A program made the translations under genes and the position numbers. 64,000 nt of DNA from Psammoneis japonica (taxonomy: Eukaryota). The notes beneath the pieces were generated by a model. It did not search any database and was not told where the DNA came from. It saw only the letters and a program-made list of their open reading frames with translations. The first letter of the stretch is position 1. Each line of letters begins with the position of its first letter. Shown piece after piece: positions 1 to 11,704 of the stretch. The stretch covers positions 62,001 through 126,000 of the forward strand of contig QPGO01000166.1 in assembly GCA_008632985.1 (NCBI GenBank), written 5' to 3'.

Positions 1-1320
1 TGCAGGGATGGCATGATCAAATGACATCTATTGCACATCTCTCCATCCGCCTTTGCCTCTCGAAACGGACCAAAACTGTATCCATACGCTTGGGCGCTAC
101 TGGATGCTGCGTTCTCGTAGCTGACCAAAAGAGGCAGCACATGTCGTACCTGGCAATCCTTTTCTTCCTCGATCTGTTGCTCACCCGAAGGAGCGGCGGA
201 ACTTTGGGAGTGAAAACTCAGAGACCGGTCTTTTTCTAACTTCCGCATTAGGTGGTGGAAACGGTTCTTAATACTGCTGTCCGTTCTTCCGTCAAAGATT
301 TTGGACATTGTTGCCCATTTGCTGCCAATGGATCTGTGCATTTCAAAGATGAGAGCATCTTCTACTGGAGTCCATTCTTCCACTTTTAGTTTTGGCTTTA
401 GGTGGTTCAGGTACCTTTCGCGACATTGCTTCCCTGTCCTTCCCGGGATACTCTGTGCCACGACGGGCCACTTAACTCGTTCTTCGCATTTGTCAAGAAT
501 CTGAAGCAGCTGATCATCTTCCTGTTGACGGAGAATCAGGGTGGGGGAGGATAGAAGTTATCAGAAAACAATCAAGTTGCGACCTCTCGCATTAGGCGCT
601 TTGGTATTGACTTACCGCTGCGGACCACATTCGTGGAACGGCCTTCCGAAATGCACGGTCGTCACCACGATGTGCTCCCGACAATGTATAGTTGTTGGCG
701 TTTGTCTCAAAAGTAATATGACCGTGAGACAAACAAGACGGGTTTGCTGGTGAATCGCCCGGTATGCGATGCTCTATCAATGAAATGATCCCTTGAGATT
801 CGTTGTTCGCGGAAACGCCATCCTATTAAAAGTTCGGGTGCGGGTAAAACCGATGACGAGTGAGAAATGGAGACGAAAACGGCGAGGTGTAAGTGTAGAC
901 CTTGAATCTTACCGATTGATTACCATTCTGGTATTGAACATCTCCTTCGTTCTGTCCTGGATTCTGCTGAAAGAAGGCGGCAATGTACGCTGCCGTTGGC
1001 TTGGAATCTACGGTCAACCACTCTGTGCTTGTGTCAAGGAATTCTATTCGGTGCTTAGAGGCCAGTGGGTCGTACTCTTTCACTTCTCCAACGTGCCATT
1101 GACCAAGAAGAGGACGGAAGACTGGGACATCGTATCCCGATAGACATTCCTCGCAAAGATTCTTTGGTCCACCCGGTCCGTGCTGATTTGGGAAGGAGTA
1201 ACTGTTCATTTGACATACGGTACCATCGTTAGCAATGGGATATTTCATTCTCGCAAAAAGGATTGTTCTCGTAGACGTACCATGTATCATACTGCGCTGG
1301 GTCAGAAGAGTATACCTCAA
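1..1320 (-). CDS. R2R3-MYB transcription factor with N-terminal Tudor-like domain (multi-exon; 3' end runs off the window, true start uncertain)
   Basis: Spliced translation gives PRMWSAA|EDDQLL...KWPVVAQSIPGRTGKQCRERYLNHL...EEWTPVEDALIF...GSKWATMSKIFDGRTDSSIKNRFHHL (two MYB repeats); GT-AG intron at 522-615. An upstream exon has WHVGEVKEYD...HRIEFLD...EW (Tudor-like), followed by a second intron starting near 912. Confidence 0.85.
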
Positions 1321-1850
1321 CTAACTTCACTTCTGTTGCGTGGCATCTCGAACACTTCATCGTTTGCCTCTAGACGTCGTACCGGAATCAGATTACTAAT
1401 GATGTAGAGAGTGATAAGAAATTGAAACTAAGAAGTCTACGCGGACCGTCGTGAGTACAGATGATCTGGACGCTGAATTTCGACAGACTCGTTAGGACAG
1501 ATGACGATTACGGATTCAGTTTCAGATGATTATACGTGTAACCACAACCAGATCACAACAATTGAAAAACTAGACCAACACCGTAGACCTAGATGTTGAT
1601 GTGGGACAACGCCAATGCTTGGACCAAACGATGATGATGGACGGACAGGAGCAGATGTGACTGTCTATTCTGCGTCTGGCCGTTTGTGCGTGTGTGCGTG
1701 GTGTACCTTTGAACCTGGTGAGAAAACAAACCGGCGCTTTCGACCATGAGAGTAGGTAAGGTACTTCTAGGTTACTGTAACAACACACAACCGCCGCGCG
1801 ATGGAACCAACTCGATGTGCAATGTGGAGTGAACTGCGACGTTTGTGACA

Positions 1851-3455
1851 ATGTCTCTGAACGAGAGGAAAAAGTCTTCGACAGTGCCAAAGGAGTTACC
1901 AAACCCGCCTGATGGTTGGACACGATGTCATGCGTATTTGAGTCAGAAGCGTCGCTTTTGTCGCCAAACTGTGGTGCCGACCGAGGAAAACACTGATGGG
2001 CCGCAGTATTGTGGGAACCATTTGCATCTTCATCAGTCCGGAGCCTCATGGAAGAGAAAAAGGATTCCATGTCCTGTTGACGGCTCTCATTTGATCTACG
2101 AAGATGCTCTCGAGAAACATGTCGCTGTTTGTCCCGCAACTAAACGACGACGAATGCAGGAGCAGCAGCCATACTATAAATTTAACGTTAATGCTGGAGG
2201 CTATGGTGAAATGACTGAGGGAACCAACGGTCAATCTGTAGAGTGGGCCAAGCAATTGGCACTTCGTGTTCTAGTGGCATACCAACGAGCTTTTGGGCCG
2301 CCCACCCACTCGAATAATTGCAGGGCTGTCACCTTTGAGCAACTGCAAAATGCCATACCCATGATGGATTTCTCCAAAGCAGAATTGGAGGCAGGTTTTG
2401 AACAGAGTGTCAAGAAGTTTAGAATACGTGCTGGTGGCTCTCGCCATTTAATTCAGCAGGCGAGTTTGATAGGGCATCTGCGGCGCGTCGGGGCTCTGCC
2501 GAAACTGGGGACTAGGGAGGAAGGCTCGTCAAGCGGAGGTAGCAAAACCTGTCTCTTGGAACTAGGAGCTGGTCGTGGCATGCTCGGTCTCGTAGCTGCA
2601 GGTTCTGCTACCGCTTCGAATTCAGGATCCAATTTACATCTCGTTCTTGTTGAACGAGCCGGAGGAGCTCGCGGCAAGGCAGAAACAATCTTGCGAAACT
2701 CAAAGGAATCCATCGAGAACGAATCCAACAACTATCTCACCTTCAACCAATTTCAGTGGACGCGTATCCAGTGTGATCTGGCTCATGTTTACCTACCAAC
2801 GGTCATGGCGGAGTTGACACCACCGGGGGAAACCGGCGAAGGTTCATCCACTGATCATCGCGTCGTCGCGATCGCAAAGCATCTTTGTGGGGCCGGTACT
2901 GACCTTGCGCTTCGTTCACTAGGTGAAGTCGCTTCTCATATTAACGCCTGTGTAATGGCCACATGTTGTCATGGCATATGCACATGGGACAACTATGTCG
3001 GACGGGACTTTTTGTGCCAACTGATGAAATCACCGCATGACGAGAGTCCTTTCGGCCGAGAAGAATTCGAATTGATGAGACGATGGACGTCTGGTACCGT
3101 TCTTCAGAACTGCAAATATGCAGGAGGTCTGAGTCAGCTAAGCGAACAGGAGCAGGATGATGCCGAACACTCCAACGATACTCGTGAGCCAGACAACATC
3201 AAAGATCCTTTCACCGTTTCATCAATAGTCGAAGCAACGGGCTTATCCTGTGGTGTCCAAGGTCTCGGACGAGCTTGTCAACGATTATTTGATTATGGAC
3301 GTTGTCAGTATATGGAACATGTGCTTTTCCGCGACCAATCATCTGCCAATGCACAACCCGGCTTCAAGGTGGAGCTCTGCCACTATACTTCGTCTGATGT
3401 GACTCCACAGAACGCAGCACTTGTTGCTTACAGGGTTCCACCCTCTGCGTCTTGA
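1851..3455 (+). CDS. TRM13: tRNA:m(4)X 2'-O-methyltransferase TRM13
   Basis: Single ORF. CCCH finger (RCHAYL..KRRFCRQ..YCGNH), CHHC finger (RIPCPVDGSH..LEKHVAVCP), and MTase motifs LELGAGRGML, AIAKHLCGAGTDLAL, ATCCHG. Confidence 0.93.
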   Translation: MSLNERKKSSTVPKELPNPPDGWTRCHAYLSQKRRFCRQTVVPTEENTDGPQYCGNHLHLHQSGASWKRKRIPCPVDGSHLIYEDALEKHVAVCPATKRRRMQEQQPYYKFNVNAGGYGEMTEGTNGQSVEWAKQLALRVLVAYQRAFGPPTHSNNCRAVTFEQLQNAIPMMDFSKAELEAGFEQSVKKFRIRAGGSRHLIQQASLIGHLRRVGALPKLGTREEGSSSGGSKTCLLELGAGRGMLGLVAAGSATASNSGSNLHLVLVERAGGARGKAETILRNSKESIENESNNYLTFNQFQWTRIQCDLAHVYLPTVMAELTPPGETGEGSSTDHRVVAIAKHLCGAGTDLALRSLGEVASHINACVMATCCHGICTWDNYVGRDFLCQLMKSPHDESPFGREEFELMRRWTSGTVLQNCKYAGGLSQLSEQEQDDAEHSNDTREPDNIKDPFTVSSIVEATGLSCGVQGLGRACQRLFDYGRCQYMEHVLFRDQSSANAQPGFKVELCHYTSSDVTPQNAALVAYRVPPSAS

Positions 3456-3705
3456 TTCCTTGCAGTATCGACTCTAACCTCTCGTACAATACCTCAACCC
3501 GTTTGGACTGGTAGCAGTCTTTTGGATAAGCTCAAGCTCGCGGTGAGTTTGTCCCAAGTGTAAAGCGAACGATGTCGGGAAGTGTCTCCGGAGTTTAGAA
3601 TAGACGACCTCATCCGAATCAGGGCAGAGCACCTGCTAGTGTATTCTAGAAACTTATCTATTCAGATAAAGAGATACTCCCGTCCTGCATGTGCGAACGT
3701 CCTTT

Positions 3706-5039
3706 TCAATCACTGTCACTGTCCATCATCGCGGCGAACACATTTCCCTTTGATGGTGCTTTCTTCTTTGTTGGCTTTTTCCCTGCGCTTTTGAGAGACC
3801 CAGGTGTAACCCACTTGCTTGTCGATACAGGCTTGTACGCACTTTTGCTGGCCGAAGCCTTTTTACTGGCTTTTTGTTTGGCTAGCACTTCAGCTGCTGC
3901 ACGGCTCGCCGTGACGCGTGCCTCGAATGCTTCATCATCCTCAAACCAGCCTCTGCTTGATTCCTATGAAACCGGCAAAATATGGTTAGATTTCTGATCC
4001 TCCACAGCTGTTGACTAAGGTATTACACAGACACACAACAACACACCTCAAGTTCTCTGATTTCATCCATTATTTCTTCCTTTCGTGCCAGAGTTTGGGT
4101 CTCTTTGACTGTGAGCAGCCTCCCCTTGGCGCCATCTTCAATCTTTTGTAGAGGTACAAGCTCGGCCCTCAATTTTCTAATCTCAGCTTCATGTCGTAGC
4201 GGTTGTAGGCTTTTCGGTTCGATATTTTCCAACATTTTCTTTCTCTCGTATGCCTTGGTACTTGCCTCCTTTAGTTTGGCAACCTTTTTCTGCTTTCCTT
4301 CCTTCTCGGCTTTCCAAATCTCCTCGGTGAGTGTGTCAAGTTTGTCAGCGACTTGTGCAAGAAGTTTATCCTTCTCAAGTTTGGAAAGTCTACCTTCTTC
4401 GACTTGGCTATGCATTTGCTTCCGTACAAATGCCTCTTTCTCTTCCAGAGACGATATTGATACAGAGTCGTACAAATCTTGCTCCGGGTCAGTGAGGGCA
4501 GTGCCGCTCAGCAGCTTTGCGTCAAGATGCTGTAACAGTTTCTTGAGAGACTCAATAGCGCCAAGACAGCCTTTCTTCTGTGCCCACGACGGACACCTAC
4601 TCTGAAGCATCCTCTCAAACACCGTCATTGAAGAAAGAGCAATCATATTCTCGGGGCTTCCCTTTGCAAGAATCGGCTCATCCTTCGCATCTCCACTGAT
4701 ATCCATGCCAGACATATCCTCTTCGAGCGCCTTAGCTCCAACAATTTTCGGAAATACTACAACTGTCTTTAGATTCTTTCCTAAATTAAAATTTCGTTGG
4801 TTGTAAGAGACTGGATGTAGAGCAGGGAAACCTGTACAGTTCTTCACCACATTAGTCGTCCCCTTACCTGTATCGTGCTGTAGCTTGAAGGAGCCTCCGC
4901 ATTCTTCAACACAACTGGCCCCCCGATCCTCTTCGTATCCTAACTCTCTAAGTGATGAAGTGACTGCCTTGGCAGCGCCCTCGTCATATCGTTGCCTTCC
5001 GAGTTTCCCTGCCCCCGTGACAAAAGTGATGCGTATCAT
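3706..5039 (-). CDS. hypothetical coiled-coil protein (3 exons)
   Basis: 338-aa ORF containing an in-frame 87-nt GT-AG intron (4781-4867). A second intron at ~3965-4047 joins a K/A-rich last exon ending NVFAAMMDSDSD*. Confidence 0.75.
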
Positions 5040-5616
5040 TTCCTGAAGGGGAAAAGGTTCTCGAAAGGCAGCAGTGATCGTTGTGTTGATATTGGAAGCA
5101 CTATGCCCGCCTAAATCAAACGTTTCGCTTTCTACAACGCACAGCGCGATCGAGAAAAGAGAGCGAGATTAGAGCAAGATACCACCAGGGAAGTGTTGTG
5201 TCGTGCTCGGCACGTGTGATCATTTTTAGCAACTTTTTACTCACCGACAGCACCGCGAATGGAAGCCGCAAGGCCACTAACAGAAGATGACATTTCGGAA
5301 CAATGTTGATTGCTGAAAGACGATACTACTTAGGGCAGTGAAGGACGTTTGCACTCAATAGAGACGATGATTTACGGTTGAGAGTTGCGGAGAGTGCGAG
5401 GAGTGCGGTGCGGACGGTGCGTTCATGCGTAGGTGAAAAGGTGCACAATCATGGGGGGGTCGTGTTCTTATATTATGATGGCAGAACTGCGGTGCTTACA
5501 TACGAAGATTCACAGGGACTAGGGAAGGGGGGATGAGAAAGTTGAACCCCGTACCGGTACTTTCAACTCAGACTTCGCTTTATGCTTGATGCACATTTTC
5601 ATGCGAGGGCGACACT

Positions 5617-6839
5617 ATGGCGGAGTGTTCAGATGAATCATCGTCTTCGAAAGACATTGTCCCCGCCAACGATGTATCGTATAGGCTTAGCAAAGATGAA
5701 CGAACGGATCTTGTGTCCGCACTTGAGCACATTGTCACGGTGGGAAGTCATTTGCACAACCGAGCATGGCGAGAGAACGAATGGAGAGGCAGACAAGCTG
5801 TCGCCGAGAACAACCCCCCTTATGCCAATCCTGATCCTCAACAACCGGTTCTTAGCGATGAAGGCAATGAAACGAGCGATGGCGACGTTGGTGATTCGTC
5901 CGTTGAAGAAGAGGCTAGTCTGCCAGTAACATGCCGACTGTTGCATGCTGAAGATTATCGCATTCTGGGACGAAAAGGGCGTGTGGGTGAAAGTGTGATT
6001 TGGAGCTGGCCTACTGATAGTGCGAGAGGGAAAAAGCGAGTAAGGGACGATGAATGGGACAAAGAGCATGGGGATGGTATCAACTTTCTTGATTTTGCCG
6101 ACTGTCGTCTCTCTCGTTTGCCGCCAGGACGAGATAGCAAGCGACGTAGGGAAATCTCTCTGGCGCCGGGTCAGAGTGTTACTGTGCCGGATTGTGAAGT
6201 GCCGCGTGCGTTAATACAACGCTGTTGGGCACGTGCAGTACATGCAGCATCAACTACTTTTAGCTGCAATGAAATGCCCGTGCCTCCCAAACAGCAAGCT
6301 GAAGCGGCTACCGAGCGGGGTTATGCCGATGCGGTGACGAAATGTTCGAACTTGCACATACGGCTTTATCCTCGGGAACCATTCAAATGCGAGGCATGTA
6401 ATGCTACTTTTGACTCGTACGAGTGGCTTAAGAGCCACTTTTACGGAAGCAAGAAGCAGCGTGGATGTTGCTGGCACCTTATCGACAACAAGCAACGCGC
6501 TTTGATTGATGACGCACTACAGAAAGAAGCCGCGACAATCACAGATGGCCTGGTTCACACAATCTTATCCCTGGCACAGTACAATGCCACAGGACGAGAC
6601 TCCCAGGTAGCTGGATCCAAAATTTGATGAATTGGAAAGATGTAATGCGTTTCCTTGACTCCGCGTTGAATTCGGCGCACACAAAAACCAACGCGGTCAA
6701 GCCTGCTCCACCTCCCGGGCTACCAGTGCTAAATTCACTCAAAGTACACTCTGCGTTACCACCTGTTGTGCTTAATAAGCAGATTTTAGAAGCTGTCTCG
6801 AGGAGATTGATTGATAGGTATGCGGACGTGCCAAGATAG
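5617..6839 (+). CDS. hypothetical protein with C2H2-like zinc finger; apparent 1-nt frameshift near 6620
   Basis: 336-aa ORF with FKCEACNATFDSYEWLKSHF. Protein-like sequence continues in an overlapping frame (MNWKDVMRFL...RLIDRYADVPR*). Confidence 0.6.
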
Positions 6840-7370
6840 AATGTCAAATCAAATAGTAAGTAAGTTGAAAGTGTACGCCCCCCCCCCGGCCGGTAATATT
6901 GCAAATAGAAGCACACAGACCTATTCGATATCATTTTGATGGCGTCACGACTCCGGTACGGCATGTACAGTTTTCTACATGCGCAAAATGTCACGCATGA
7001 CGCAAGTACTGAGGCAAACGCGCCGTTGAGTTGGCCGTCTCGAATTTTTGAATTCTGCTCGTACGATACCTACGTAGTTTTCACGTAGAACGAAATCCGC
7101 CGCTCGCATCAAAAACACAAAGCCAAAGCGGCACGTTGACAACAAAGCGACAGGCTGTGACGGTAGTTCACCAAGTCTCATTAAAGCACATTCTCTCACC
7201 CGGCGTCTAAGGAAGACAGGGCTGGCTTCTATTGTGTGCTTTCTCCACCGACCGCGGTTTATCGAACGACGACAGGAAACGAAGAATCGCGATAGTACGA
7301 CGTTCGTCTCCAGTTGTTTGTTCTTGAAAAGTACTTTTGCCAGTATACGCACCGATCGCTGCCTTTCACC

Positions 7371-10300
7371 ATGCATATCCAAGAAATCGTTGTAGAAGGG
7401 TTCAAATCTTATGCTCACCGTACAGTCATTGCAGGGTAAGGAAGACGCTAAGGCCAGAGACGTGTTGTATGCGTTCTTTATCCTGCTGACTGCTCACGGC
7501 ATACTACGTGTTCTTTCTCCTCCTCTTGTTTCTCTATAGGTTTGATCCTCATTTCAATGCCATCACCGGATTAAATGGGTCTGGAAAGTCCAACATTCTT
7601 GACTCTATTTGCTTCGTCCTTGGTATTACCAACTTGAGTCAAGTGCGAGCTGGAAACCTGTCAGAACTCGTGTACAAACAAGGTCAGGCCGGTATCAACA
7701 AAGCCAGCGTAACCATCATCTTCAACAACGAGGATGTATCCACCAGTCCTGTTGGCTATGAGCAGTGTCCAGAGATGACCGTCACGCGGCAGGTTCTCCT
7801 CGGAGGCAAGAGCAAATATCTTATCAACGGAAGGAACGCTCCGGCAGGTCAGGTGACAAACCTATTCCACTCGGTGCAGCTCAACGTGAACAACCCACAC
7901 TTTCTCATCATGCAAGGTATGTTTCTTGGTGAATTTTGTACATTCTACTTAACCTTTGAAGGCTTGACACTCACATAACAGCATCGATCGTTTCTTTCTG
8001 TACATTGCAAACAGGCCGCATCACGAAAGTATTGAATATGAAGCCGAACGAGATCCTCGGTATGGTCGAGGAAGCCGCTGGCACCCGCATGTACGAGACA
8101 AAGAAGACCGCTGCCGTTAAAACGATAGCTAAGAAGCAAATGAAAGTTGATGAGCTCAACTCAGTGCTATCTGAGGAGATCACTCCGACGCTCGAGCGAC
8201 TTCGTGGAGAGAAGCAACACTACCTCAAGTGGAGCAAGAACAACGCAGACATTGAGCGAATCGAACGCTTCGTAATCGCGAGTGACTTTATGAAGGCCCA
8301 AATGGCTCTCGACACCAATAACGAAGGATTTGCGGAAATGGAAGAGCAGGTGGCTGGCTACGAGGCGGAGGCGCTTCGCTGCCGAGACGAAGTAAAAGCC
8401 AAGGAGGAAGAGATCACGTCTTTGTCTTCCAAACTGAACGGGGAGTTTGAAGAGTCGCACAAGCGAGTCAAGGCAGCAGAGGAAAAGCAATCGAAGGATC
8501 TTGTCAAGGCTACGTCCGCCTGGCAAAACAGTAAGAAAGACGCGCAGAAAGCAGCCAGCGACCTAGACGCGGCTCAAGCTTTAGCGACAGAAACGAAAGC
8601 AGGAGTCGAAGCGAAAGAAGAAGAGATTTCAAAGGAATCAGAACGATCCGAACAAGAAAAGAAAGACTCCGAAAATGCGGATAAAGAGCTTGAGCAATTG
8701 TCACAAGATTATCAGAACATGTGTGCTGGAATCAGTTCATCTGAAGGCGACGAAGGGAGAACGCTCCCGGACCAGATCAGTAAGGCTTACAGCGATAGTA
8801 ACTCAGCAGATGCGAAGGCAAAGCAGGCTCAAATGAAAATTGGTCACTTGACGAAAGCGCTCAAGGTAAGACTTATATTCTAATGCGCTTTTCAACTCGC
8901 CCGCCTTGCTTGACAATAACCTAACATATTTTTTTTCCGTATTCCCCAGTCGGTTGAGAAAGACATGAAGAAAGAAACGAAATCTTGTGAACAGCTTGCT
9001 GCCAAAAAGGAGAAGTCGCAACAGAAAGTTACCACGCTTCAATCCAAAATCGAAGGCTTGGACTTTTCCGAAGCTCAGTTCAATGCGCTCGAAGAAGAGA
9101 AACTGTCTCTCGAGGGAGACTTGTCTAAGTTCGGGGAACAGGTTGATACTCTTTCCGCGCAACTTGCAGGCCGTCTCGCATTCAAGTATTCGGACCCTGT
9201 ACGTGGCTTTGATCGTAGCAAGGTCAAGGGCTTGGTTGCTAAGCTGGTGAAGGTGAAGCAAGCCAGCCATGCAACCGCACTCGAGGTTGCTGCAGGTGGA
9301 AAGTTGTATCAGGTAGTTGTCGATGAGGCTATTACAGGAAAAGCTCTCCTCAACAAAGGGAATCTCACGCGTAGGGTTACCATTATCCCGCTTGACAAGA
9401 TTCAGCCCAAATGCATCTCTACTGCAGCTTGTGAGCGTGCACAGGCCATCGCCTCGGATCTTGATACGAACGCGTTCCCTGCGATTGAGTTGGTGGGATT
9501 TGACGAAGAAGTCCGTAACGCTGTAGAATATGTCTTTGGGTCAACGATTGTTGTGGATGGAATGAAGGCAGCAAACCAGATATGCGATACCACGAAAACG
9601 CGCACTATCACCCTCGAAGGAGATGTCTACGATCCTTCCGGCACGATCTCAGGGGGATCTCGAGACAATCTGGGTTCAACTCTTGCGAAGCTCTCACAGC
9701 TTACCGAGGCGACGAAGGAGCTCACAGAGAAACAGGCTCGATTCAAAGTTGTCAATTCCGAGTTGAAGGCGATGAGATCGGCTTCAGCAAAGTTTCAGGA
9801 TCTCCATGATGAACTTGAAATTGCTTCTGCAGAGCTTGCCGGAGTGGATAAACACCTCTCTCAAACAAAGTACGGCATGCTTTCTGAGAAGTACGAGTCC
9901 ATGTCAATTGAAGTTGCTGAAGCTCAAAAGCAATGCGAGGCAATGCAAAAGGAGAAAGAAGTGAAGCAGGCTCTGTACGAAGAGCTTAAGGAAAAGGAGT
10001 CTGAGCTGACGAGGGAGAGAGAATTGAAGCTGAAGGATATTGAGGAAACAATCAAGAATGCGAAACACCAAGTGGCGGAGAAGGCCAAGGATGCAAGAGA
10101 GGTATGTAACGACTGTGTCATCCCTGTATTGAATTTTGAAAAGCTCTCAAAGCATTCATCCTTTCCCACTATAGGCGGAATCAGGAGTCCAACGTTTACG
10201 ACTCGAACTTGAGAGCCTCAAGGCGGAAGTCGTAGCCGCTGAACAGGCCGTCAAAGCGGCAGAGAATGCTTTGGACGAAGCCAATACAAAAGAAGGCGAC

Positions 10301-11551
10301 TTGCAGATGAAGGTCGGTGAAAAGAAGGGCCTCTACGATGAAGCAAAGGCAGAGCTAGACTCGGTGGAGGAACGAATGACCAAGTTCTCTACGGAGCTAA
10401 AGACCTTGACAGATCAAAAGACAGATCTCGTGAAAGAGGCGGAAACGGCTGAGCTGGAAGGAAAGAAGCTTTCTGTTGCAATCTCGAAGATTCAGAAAGA
10501 AAAGTCCAACGCAGAGCGTTTCGTGTCTAATATGCTCAAGAAACATGCTTGGATCGAGAGCGAAAAAAGCGCTTTTGGAGTTGCCGAAGGCGACTACGAC
10601 TTCGAAGCGACGGACCCTTCTGAAATGAGTCGAAAACTCAAAGGTCTGAAGGAGGAGCAGGGTCTATTGGTAAGAACGATGCCATTGTGGTAATGTAATC
10701 TGTCTTGGGTTAAGTGGATACTGTACATCATCTTGCTTGTGTCCGCTATTGCGTCCTTTAGGCGAAAAAGATCAACAAGAAGGTGATGGGTATGATCGAG
10801 AAAGCTGAAGGCGAATACACGGAGCTTTTGCGAAAGCGCAAAGTGGTGGAAAACGACAAGAAGAAGATCGAGGCAGTTATCGAGGAGTTGGACGTGAAGA
10901 AAAAGTCAGAGCTTGAGAGGACTTGGGTCAAGGTGAATAGAGATTTCGGGTCCATCTTTTCCACCCTTCTCCCCGGGGCCTCTGCCAAGCTAGAGCCTCC
11001 CGAAGGAATGCAGGCATGGGAAGGACTGGAAGTAAAGGTGGCGTTCGGGAACGTGTGGAAGGAAAGCCTCAGCGAGTTGAGCGGTGGGCAGCGGTCATTG
11101 CTCGCACTTTCTCTTATTCTCTCGCTGCTTTTGTTCAAGCCGGCGCCAATGTACATCCTTGACGAGGTTGATGCCGCATTGGATCTGAGCCATACCCAAA
11201 ACATTGGTAATATGCTGAAGACGCACTTCTCACAGAGTCAGTTCATTGTTGTTTCCCTGAAGGTAAGATACGAGTCACTCGTCGTTTCCACTACTTTGAC
11301 CGCGGCATTTTTTGACGTCGTTTCTATTTCTACATTTGACTTTGCAGGAGGGAATGTTCAACAACGCGAACGTGATTTTCAGGACCAAGTTTGTAGATGG
11401 GGTTTCAACAGTAACAAGAACGATTGGGACTGGCGCGAGTTCGAAGGCTCGTGCCCTTGCATCTTCAGAGAACGCTGCTGGCGAGCCCCCCGCAAGGAAA
11501 CAGGGATCAAGATCTGGTCGTAAATCCGGTAAAGAGAACACGGTGAGGTAG
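7371..11551 (+). CDS. SMC2: structural maintenance of chromosomes protein 2 (condensin), ~8 exons
   Basis: [18 protein letters not shown]..|[28 protein letters not shown] (Walker A), hinge domain ([16 protein letters not shown]), [10 protein letters not shown] signature, [11 protein letters not shown]alker [13 protein letters not shown] introns link the ORF pieces. Confidence 0.97.
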
Positions 11552-11704
11552 AATCACGCTGCTGCTGCTTTGTGATATCTATTGTATCGGACGCCGGGGA
11601 TGATGGGTTTTCATGTTTGGTAAAGGAATGACGAAATTTGAAACCGCTATTGTTTTTTTGCGTCTACCGTACAACCGTTTTGTACACTGTGACTCGGTAC
11701 CGTA

